From the IMG/VR virus record IMGVR_UViG_3300005293_000039, positions 10,541 to 74,540 of that record: a DNA stretch of 64,000 nt; one strand, 5' to 3'. Source of the stretch: a virus. Positions 57,265 through 64,000 of the stretch are shown here, piece by piece. A model generated the notes under the pieces. It was not told the origin of the DNA, searched no databases, and worked only from the letters and a program-made list of their open reading frames with translations. Numbering within the stretch: the first letter of the stretch is position 1; each line of letters opens with the position of its first letter. The translations under genes and the position numbers were made by a program.

Positions 57265-57615
57265 TTAAGTCTCTGGTGAAGTGTCCGATGGTGAGGATTT
57301 CAAGTTTGTTAGAGGTCGCCCTTCTATGTCGGCGGGTATGAAGAACCTGTACGGCCCATCATGGCAAAACGATCCGCGCCCGTGACGGACTAAGACCTCC
57401 TCTTTATAGTCAGCGAATCCGTAAGGTTTCATGCCGCGGGTTGCACTGTCTACTTTAGCCCCGCTAACACCAAGCCGCTTAGACACTTGATCTCTAGTAG
57501 CGATACGGAAGATGTCTTCATGGTCCGTTCCGTGTTCATTAACGTACTCGTCGTACAAGTCCGTGATCGCTACGACTACATCTAAATAGCAAATGCGAGC
57601 TTGTCGTTCTTGCAT
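57265..57615 (-). CDS. wHTH-like hypothetical protein
   Basis: TRDQVSKRLGVS. Confidence 0.5.
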   Translation of the reverse strand: MQERQARICYLDVVVAITDLYDEYVNEHGTDHEDIFRIATRDQVSKRLGVSGAKVDSATRGMKPYGFADYKEEVLVRHGRGSFCHDGPYRFFIPADIEGRPLTNLKSSPSDTSPET

Positions 57616-57903
57616 CTATTTCGCAGCTCCAATAGTTCTCAACGCGTCATCTAAAGACTTCCAAATATGCACCGGCGCTTTAACTGAAAATCTTTCGTGC
57701 CACTTCAACTCGTCAGGCGTTAGCTTCTGCTTGCTTGGCGGTTTTGCGCCGTCTTTGATTTCGGCGACATACCAGGCTCCCCGATACGCGACCAAGACAT
57801 CAACGCAGCCGTGACCAACGGACGCGAGCGACTGGACTTCCGCACCAACGGCGCGTACTCCGTCAACTATCACGTTATGATTTGCGTCGATGCGCTTGCT
57901 CAA
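57616..57903 (-). CDS. VRR-NUC / Holliday junction resolvase-like nuclease
   Basis: RIDANH..I...G.VD.LV.YRG....EIKDG.KPPS..KLTPDE. Confidence 0.85.
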   Translation of the reverse strand: MSKRIDANHNVIVDGVRAVGAEVQSLASVGHGCVDVLVAYRGAWYVAEIKDGAKPPSKQKLTPDELKWHERFSVKAPVHIWKSLDDALRTIGAAK

Positions 57904-58244
57904 CTCTTTTGCTCCATAGCAGCTAATGCAGCACGGCATCTTTGCTCTGCGGATGCGTGGATCAATTCGAATACTTCTTCTCCGTAGAATGCGCCCCGGC
58001 CCATGTCGAACTTTTGCCGCAAGTCTAGACTCATGAACTTAATGAGCGCATCACCGTATTCATCTTGCAGGCCCAACTCTACGATCCGATCTTCTACTTG
58101 CATTGCGGCTTCAATGTTGGATGAATAAGGCAATACGTTGCCGGGCCACGGTGTTCCATCGCTGCGCAAAGGCGTTTCCATTACTCGAACAGCAACCGCT
58201 GCGTCCAACGCTTTTCCACTTAGCTCTTCGGTTGACTCACTCAT
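57900..58244 (-). CDS. phage ABA-sandwich-like protein
   Basis: G..LDAAVA..VM...PYSSNIEAAMQV...CRAAL. Confidence 0.65.
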   Translation of the reverse strand: MSESTEELSGKALDAAVAVRVMETPLRSDGTPWPGNVLPYSSNIEAAMQVEDRIVELGLQDEYGDALIKFMSLDLRQKFDMGRGAFYGEEVFELIHASAEQRCRAALAAMEQKS

Positions 58245-58252
58245 GGTCTAAC

Positions 58253-58738
58253 CTAAGCGGCCCGCAGTTGGCGCTGCACCCATCGGAGCATGTGATCGTA
58301 GCGCTGCTCAGGTGTCGGATTGCGCCCTAAGCCATCGTCATTTTCATAGATGATTGCAAACGCAACCATGCGCGGAATTCCGAGATCTCCCGCGACTTTC
58401 ATCATCGCGGTCTCAACCGCTTCCTCGTATTCGTACTCGTCGTGGAACTTATCCGAGTTTTCATTGAACCAATCGTCGTCCGTCGTCGCCATTTGCGGCA
58501 ATATGAGGTTGCCGTTATACCCGCGATGCTTCGCCAGCGCCGCGATTGAGCAAACCGCCCCATCTGCACTAACTGTGTCATTCGCAATCAGTCTCTTGTC
58601 TGGCAGCGCAATTAGCGCGGCCTCAAGTTCGCGCAGTGCGGCCTGCCCCTTGCGGCCTCTTAACGACCGCTCCATGTTTGCCTCCCACATCGCTGCCTGA
58701 TTCGGAAAATCTTCTTCTTCGGAAATTCGAATTCGCAT
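58253..58738 (-). CDS. conserved phage hypothetical protein
   Basis: GRKGQA.LREL..AL.A.P.KRLI...VC...YEND...TPEQR. Confidence 0.7.
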   Translation of the reverse strand: MRIRISEEEDFPNQAAMWEANMERSLRGRKGQAALRELEAALIALPDKRLIANDTVSADGAVCSIAALAKHRGYNGNLILPQMATTDDDWFNENSDKFHDEYEYEEAVETAMMKVAGDLGIPRMVAFAIIYENDDGLGRNPTPEQRYDHMLRWVQRQLRAA

Positions 58739-58957
58739 TTACTTCTCTCCTGTTCTTTTCTCATTGGCGCGGTAGTGCTCCCACCAAAGGCGCTCAAGAT
58801 CGTTTAGGGCAGCTTTGGGCCAACCTATGTCTAAGCAGAACTTTAGCCACTCAGCACAGCTTTTAATCTCCGCAAAGCGCGGGGCAGAACGCATACTTTG
58901 GCAGTCGCCAAAATGTGATGTTGCTGAACAGTCTTGCAATTTTGAGCAAGGGTTCAT
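58739..58957 (-). CDS. hypothetical protein
   Basis: ATGA overlap. Confidence 0.45.
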   Translation of the reverse strand: MNPCSKLQDCSATSHFGDCQSMRSAPRFAEIKSCAEWLKFCLDIGWPKAALNDLERLWWEHYRANEKRTGEK

Positions 58958-59205
58958 TTTGTCCCCGGTTTCACGTACCACGCTTTCAGCCGCGGGAGAT
59001 TGTCGAGCACGAGCTTGATTTGCGCCTTCGTTATGTGCCCTTGACCGATCCCATCGTGCAGTAGCACGATCAACGCTCTTTGGTTCAGAGACGAATCCAG
59101 CAACTTTTGAAACCCGTCCGCTACTTGCACGATCGACTTAGCCAGCAGTTCAACAGGCTCGGGGTTGATTTCATCTTTGACCACCTTGATGGTTGGCTTT
59201 GCCAC
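58954..59205 (-). CDS. hypothetical protein
   Basis: Operon ORF. Confidence 0.55.
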   Translation of the reverse strand: MAKPTIKVVKDEINPEPVELLAKSIVQVADGFQKLLDSSLNQRALIVLLHDGIGQGHITKAQIKLVLDNLPRLKAWYVKPGTK

Positions 59206-59355
59206 TTAGAAGCCTTTCTGGAGTTATTCTCCGGTTGCTTATTCTTTCCTTCTGGTTTAGGGGGTTGCGTCCCAAACAGTTACTAAATATTCAGATCTGT
59301 TAAAGACGCCTGACCGTCGTTTCTACGGTTGTTGATCGAAAGACATTCTGGCGCC

Positions 59356-60249
59356 CTATCTCGCGTATTCGTTACCCGCCGCTAACCTGCGGTCATCGCT
59401 GAAATCAATCTCACCTGTCGGCATATCGCAGGGAACATACATGTCTGGAACGTCGCCGCGTTGAAACTCCTTCCTGCCACCCTGCTTACGTATCTCGATA
59501 CGACCCATGTCTATAAGCTTGTCGAGATGCTTCTTTACCTCTTCTTCGGTCAGGCTGAAAATTGAATGCCCACATTCTCCACAGGTCATAATTTCTTCGA
59601 GAAGGAAATACCCGTTTTCAATCCGCTCATAAACCCGATCCAGCAACGCGGGCACGATCTCAACGTCTGGCCGGGGCGTTCTCATCCGATAGATCGCGCT
59701 TCTGATCTTTATGAACCCCCAACCTTTTTCAACTGCTGTTTGGGCCATGTCAATCTGCTCTGTAGGGCTGAGTTCTAAAAGCGCAGGGATCGCCCGTAGC
59801 CCCATCGCGCCCTTGTCTATCTGTTCGCGAACCTCAGCGGGTAACTTGAAGATCATTAAATGCTCAGATACTGATCGCTTGGTCACGCCGATAACCTGAG
59901 CAATTAGTTCAATCGACAGCCCCCGCTGTATAAGCTCCTTGTAGGCTTTTGCTGTTTGTAGAATAGTAAGATCGTTTCGCTGGATGTTTTCAACCAGCAT
60001 CACCTGAAGCTGTGCGGTTTCATTCAGATCCCTAACGATGACCGCGACATCGATAAAGCCCGCCAGCCTTGCAGCAACAACGCGCCTGTGGCCAGCGACG
60101 ATAGTTCCGTCAGGCGTGATAAGGATCGGCTGTAGAAGACCCTGCGACTTGATAGACGCCGCTAATTCGCGCAGCGCAACGTCGTGCACCACTTCTCCGC
60201 GTGGATTAAGCGGGTTAGCCTTCAGTTCTGAGAGTTTTCTGGTTTCCAT
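59356..60249 (-). CDS. ParB/Spo0J-like protein
   Basis: NPLNPR..LAASIK.QGLLQPI..IVAGHRR..A..ENIQR.DL plus HTH. Confidence 0.88.
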   Translation of the reverse strand: METRKLSELKANPLNPRGEVVHDVALRELAASIKSQGLLQPILITPDGTIVAGHRRVVAARLAGFIDVAVIVRDLNETAQLQVMLVENIQRNDLTILQTAKAYKELIQRGLSIELIAQVIGVTKRSVSEHLMIFKLPAEVREQIDKGAMGLRAIPALLELSPTEQIDMAQTAVEKGWGFIKIRSAIYRMRTPRPDVEIVPALLDRVYERIENGYFLLEEIMTCGECGHSIFSLTEEEVKKHLDKLIDMGRIEIRKQGGRKEFQRGDVPDMYVPCDMPTGEIDFSDDRRLAAGNEYAR

Positions 60250-60782
60250 TGCAATAATGCCTGAAGTTTTTCTGAGGGCGATAGCCTCTTATTTTCTGCC
60301 AGTTGCTCAGCAAAGATCTGAAACGCCCGCTGCGTACTCCAGATCGGGAACGACACGGAACCAGCAATCTCTGCCTCAAGGTACCGGACTCGAATTCTTA
60401 TCGTCATACATCGCCGACAGACTTGGCCCACACACCAACTTTCACAGCTCTTGCAGACATGATGATTTGTCTGTTTCCAGTTCTTTGCGGCGCATTCTCG
60501 GCAGCGATTAGCTAGCCCGCGAGCACGAGAGCGATCAACGGAGAATGCGCCCACAGAAAGAACGCGCTCACAGCCGTTACAATATTTGTGATACGCATCC
60601 GTCTTGACTCGCTTCGGTGCCTTCGGGATTTTCCGCTCCGACGAGTGGCCGTGTTTCTCTCTCCACAAAGCATTCATAGCATCCGAAAAGTCTTCGGGGT
60701 CGGATACGCTTTCAAATAACTTGAATCGCTTAATAGCAACCGCCGCGAGGCGTCCGCCGCTTCCTTTTATGCACTCAATCAC
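60222..60782 (-). CDS. zinc-finger protein
   Basis: KYCNGC...F...GLANRCREC; CKSC..CRRC. Confidence 0.5.
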   Translation of the reverse strand: MIECIKGSGGRLAAVAIKRFKLFESVSDPEDFSDAMNALWREKHGHSSERKIPKAPKRVKTDAYHKYCNGCERVLSVGAFSVDRSRARGLANRCRECAAKNWKQTNHHVCKSCESWCVGQVCRRCMTIRIRVRYLEAEIAGSVSFPIWSTQRAFQIFAEQLAENKRLSPSEKLQALLQWKPENSQN

Positions 60783-61096
60783 GACTCGCTCTGTCTCCCG
60801 ATCTCAGACCGTAATTCCTAAGTTCTTTGCTTCATCTCAAACTGAATCCAAATCTTTTTCACAGGGGGATATTGGTTATCTAAATGTCCTGAACTACGCG
60901 CATGAGTGTGCAAGCGCGTACATTCCGCAAGACTCCGTCACCCGTAAAACCCAGCATTTTCCTCGAAAAGACAATCGCAGAAATGCCGCCAGAACCGCCG
61001 TTAAGAAATGGAGATTTTGTGCTTTTATCAATTTCCCTCAGCGTTTTGCTAGCGTTTCCTCTAACTGTGTGCATGAATAGACGCATAAAAAATGGC

Positions 61097-61672
61097 TCAA
61101 GCCACTCGTGCTACTGGATAGCGCCCGACTATGAATGTCTCGCGCACGACCAATGCTCTCGCTATGCGCATCAATGGATCCATGCCCCAATCGCCAAGAG
61201 CACAGTTCAAGGCTGCGCAAATCAGCCTACAGTTATCTTTCGAATAGCCCTTATTGGAATCAACCCGATCTAAACTTGGCGCGAATGGCCGTCGTCTGCT
61301 TTTGGAGCTTGTAAACTGAAACTCAAACTGAATGCCGGTCAGGACACACCGACCACGGGCTGCATTTATTAAATCAACGTAGTCTTTAAAGGTGAGGTCG
61401 AAGGCAATCCCTCGGCTCAGCGCATTTGAACGGGCCGCCGTGTACGATGATCTATTCCATTTTTCGGGCCATATCAGGTCTGCGTTTGGGCTTGGTGCTC
61501 GGTCCCTTCTGTGATGTGCATACCATTCTTGAGCCTCACTGGCTGATGAGAAGGTACGTGAGCGATAAATACGTTTTCCGACTTGCGAATAGCCAACAAA
61601 GTATCGCGCTTGAAAACGAGGTTCGCCCTTCCGTGTGTTGGGCATTTGACTGACTCCACGATGTATTCGCAT
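61097..61672 (-). CDS. HNH/His-Me nuclease with integrase-like N-terminal DNA-binding domain
   Basis: RC.LTG..F...SLDRVDSNKGYSKDNCRLIC..LN; N-terminus aligns with integrase N-terminus. Confidence 0.75.
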   Translation of the reverse strand: MRIHRGVSQMPNTRKGEPRFQARYFVGYSQVGKRIYRSRTFSSASEAQEWYAHHRRDRAPSPNADLIWPEKWNRSSYTAARSNALSRGIAFDLTFKDYVDLINAARGRCVLTGIQFEFQFTSSKSRRRPFAPSLDRVDSNKGYSKDNCRLICAALNCALGDWGMDPLMRIARALVVRETFIVGRYPVARVA

Positions 61673-62799
61673 TAGCGTCTTCGGCTTCTCAACAATTCCT
61701 CGCGTTTATCGCTTGCGGTTTGATGCATCTCTTCGAGCACCGTTCCATACCTGTCGAGCGTGAAGGACACCTTTGAGTGGCCCGCTTCATCGCTCACTGT
61801 CTTTGGATCAACTCCCGCCAGCAAGCTGGATGTAACAAAGAAATGGCGTAGCGCATACGGTGTTACTTTCTGGGGTAGACCAGCCGCTGATGCGATCTTA
61901 TGAAACTGTACGTTTAAGAATGAGTATTTGATAGGGGCTCCATACCGTGTCGCAAAGACAAGATCGTGAGCCTGCCAGTGATGTCCGGCCTTTAACTGAT
62001 CTGCCAATTGCAGTCTCCGATGTTCCAAAAGTTTTTGCGCTAGTCCGGCAGGGAACACTATTGCCCTCTTACTGCTCTTTGTCTTTGGCTCTTGCCAGCT
62101 CCACGCTTTCCCAATTCTATGAATCACCTTGCGCACTCTTACGACGCCGCGGGCGTTGCCCAGCTCGAGATCCTGCCATCGCATTGCGATCAGCTCTTCT
62201 GGCCGCAGGCCGCATGTGAGAGCAAATTCAAATAGAAGCCCCAGTCGATTAGAGCCTGAGGCTTCAATGAAGGCCAGTGCCTCATCTACGGAGAAGTGCT
62301 GCCGCTCCACTACGGCTTCGCCGGGCCCATCGGTTCCCTCAACAGGATTGAAGCGGATCAATTTCATCCGTAGAGCTTTCTTGCAGACCCCATGCATAAT
62401 CGTTCGCGCCGAGGCCACCGTAGATCTCCCGACCTTCTCCGATAGTGCTATCTGCCATGCGTCAATCTGATCGGGAGTCAATCTGGCCAGCTTGATTCGT
62501 CCGAGCGTTGGCTTGATATAGGCATTGATTGTCTGCCGATACATTCGCTTGCTGTTCTCTCTTAAATCCTGCTTGCCTACCAGCCACTGATCAACATACT
62601 CGCTGACCGTTAAGCTAAACCCGTCTGCGTGTCCGGGACCCCGGCCAGCAACGTGCGCTGCCCTCCATTCAATTGCCGCACTGCGCGTGTCAAATGTTCG
62701 TGCGGGATATTTTCTCTTTCCGTCTTTGTTGTAGCCCGCGAAATAGCGAGCTCGAAACCTTCCATTCTTTAGTTTCTTGATGCCAGTGTGTTTTGACAT
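61672..62799 (-). CDS. int: tyrosine integrase
   Basis: GLRPEEL, PKT, YALRH, AGH, TLDRY; start re-set to MSKHTG. Confidence 0.93.
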   Translation of the reverse strand: MSKHTGIKKLKNGRFRARYFAGYNKDGKRKYPARTFDTRSAAIEWRAAHVAGRGPGHADGFSLTVSEYVDQWLVGKQDLRENSKRMYRQTINAYIKPTLGRIKLARLTPDQIDAWQIALSEKVGRSTVASARTIMHGVCKKALRMKLIRFNPVEGTDGPGEAVVERQHFSVDEALAFIEASGSNRLGLLFEFALTCGLRPEELIAMRWQDLELGNARGVVRVRKVIHRIGKAWSWQEPKTKSSKRAIVFPAGLAQKLLEHRRLQLADQLKAGHHWQAHDLVFATRYGAPIKYSFLNVQFHKIASAAGLPQKVTPYALRHFFVTSSLLAGVDPKTVSDEAGHSKVSFTLDRYGTVLEEMHQTASDKREELLRSRRR

Positions 62800-62820
62800 T
62801 CCTCTACCCTCCGGCGCCGC

Positions 62821-62850
62821 ACTATATGTGCTCCGGCAAGTAGCCTTCAA
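62821..62850 (-). promoter_or_regulatory. putative int promoter
   Basis: TTGAAG-18 bp-TATAGT upstream of GAGG RBS and ATG 62799. Confidence 0.45.
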
Positions 62851-62870
62851 GTCTTTGCGGGTAAAATCCG

Positions 62871-63116
62871 TCACACGACCCCTCGTTCAATTAGCTTTTG
62901 CACGTCGGAATTTCGGTATCGACGGGTGTTTTCGCCGAGATTGACCGCCTCAAGATGTCCTTCTCTAGCGAGCCGCCTGACGCTATCAGAATTTGGATAG
63001 CCCAGCCTCTCTGCAACCTGCTCCGCGGTTAGCAATCTGTCGCCGACTGACAACGCCCGGATCTCTTCACGAACAACCTCCCTCAGTATCTCTTTGATTG
63101 TTTCTTCAAAGGCCAT
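62871..63116 (-). CDS. xis: excisionase (HTH_17-like)
   Basis: LLTAEQVAERLG...VRRLAREG.L.AV.LG..RRY..SDV. Confidence 0.8.
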   Translation of the reverse strand: MAFEETIKEILREVVREEIRALSVGDRLLTAEQVAERLGYPNSDSVRRLAREGHLEAVNLGENTRRYRNSDVQKLIERGVV

Positions 63117-63152
63117 ATCCCCTCTTACTCTCCGACACTAAAACTTCGATCT

Positions 63153-63536
63153 CTACCGTGTTCCTAACTCAATCAAATCATCGCCGTGGCAGTCATCGCT
63201 CTCTTTGCACCAGCACGCTACAAAATCGTAGTTCGGTAATGTTTGGCGCAGGACATCAAGCGGATGCCTGTGCCTGAATTGTCGCTGCCACGCTTTATGC
63301 AGATCGTATGCGCGCGACAGAAGATCCGGCCTGCTATCGAGTAGCGATCCGTCCCAAATTCCTAAGAGAGTGTTTCGAAATAGCGGCAGCGACAACTCGC
63401 CAAACCCAGCAAGCGAATACGGATTACCCCAAATGCTCGGGCGTGAGACGCACAGCGTTCTGGCTGGCAACTTATAGCCCTTTGTTCGCTTCCGCTGAAT
63501 CCGTTTCGGTTTGGTTGCTGTAGCTGTTGCGGTCAT
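63153..63536 (-). CDS. DUF4326-like protein
   Basis: RIQRKR.KG...VSRPS.WGNP...ACWC....CHGD.L. Confidence 0.8.
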   Translation of the reverse strand: MTATATATKPKRIQRKRTKGYKLPARTLCVSRPSIWGNPYSLAGFGELSLPLFRNTLLGIWDGSLLDSRPDLLSRAYDLHKAWQRQFRHRHPLDVLRQTLPNYDFVACWCKESDDCHGDDLIELGTR

Positions 63537-63742
63537 CTTATTTTCAATTCCTCCCTTTGAAACGGACAGTGAATTCCGTGTTGAGCAAAGTACGTCGCGT
63601 CCCAAAGAGTCTTTCGCGGATTGATATGCTCCTTACATTCAGAGCACCATTCGCCAGCGTCGGCTTCGCGGCCACAACACCCGCAGTAGTCCGGTTCTTT
63701 ACGCTTGCCCTGAATTCGTTTAGTTACTGTTGCGGTCATCAC
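63533..63742 (-). CDS. small zinc-finger protein
   Basis: CGCCG...CSEC..H. Confidence 0.5.
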   Translation of the reverse strand: MMTATVTKRIQGKRKEPDYCGCCGREADAGEWCSECKEHINPRKTLWDATYFAQHGIHCPFQREELKIR

Positions 63743-64000
63743 TTCTTAACTTTCTTTTTCAATCGCGCGTTTCGCTCACGGGTATCGGCTCGCAATGCTT
63801 TGGTCATTACCCGGATTAGCCGCTTCTTCTCGGTCTTAGATATGTCTCCATCGACTGAGATTTTGACTTCGTATTTCGGCATCACTTAAACCTCAGATAT
63901 TGCTGTCACGCGGCTGCCTTTGATTGCCTTTGGTATTGGACGTTTGGAAATCCATCAGGGAGATACTGTTGAAGATCTTTTTTGATGAAGTAACCCGCGC

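Larger units (their letters stand above)
1..64000. mobile_element. temperate siphovirus-like phage/prophage (partial genome)
   Basis: TerS/TerL, portal, capsid, tail tube, 1357-aa tape measure, tail tip, integrase/xis; no sheath gene; no host housekeeping genes. Confidence 0.95.

Noticed and set aside
1-64000. Stop-codon reassignment or tRNA genes
   Set aside because: Core genes are full length in the standard code, all three stops are used, and no cloverleaf was noticed

Overview
The whole 64 kb window reads as one temperate, siphovirus-type tailed phage (or prophage), with no host housekeeping genes, rRNA, tRNA or CRISPR array seen. Layout: (i) 1-3.5 kb, start of a leftward early operon (Cro-like RHH, CII-like, TrpF-like TIM barrel, PD-(D/E)XK exonuclease, OB-fold protein cut by the edge); (ii) 3.5-4.3 kb, a divergent switch built from two ribbon-helix-helix-like genes, a protease-dead UmuD-like gene and a conserved 21-bp operator; (iii) 4.3-15.5 kb, a rightward operon of many small accessory genes (two HNH endonucleases, two Lar-like proteins, a 222-bp tnpB remnant); (iv) 15.6-16.5 kb, membrane morons; (v) 16.5-42.6 kb on the minus strand, tail, head and packaging genes (intein in TerL, apparent +1 frameshift in the tail chaperone); (vi) 43-51 kb, a second fibre/decoration-like module with an embedded FliA-like sigma factor and a secreted beta-helix protein; (vii) 51-55 kb, many small membrane, Tat and coiled-coil proteins but no recognisable endolysin; (viii) 55-64 kb, VRR-NUC, ParB-like, xis-int, and an HNH-type nuclease carrying a copy of the integrase N-terminal domain. 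Replication genes are absent and presumably lie outside the window. An Acidobacteriota host is a guess from one protein. All product calls come from motif recognition by eye, not database searches.
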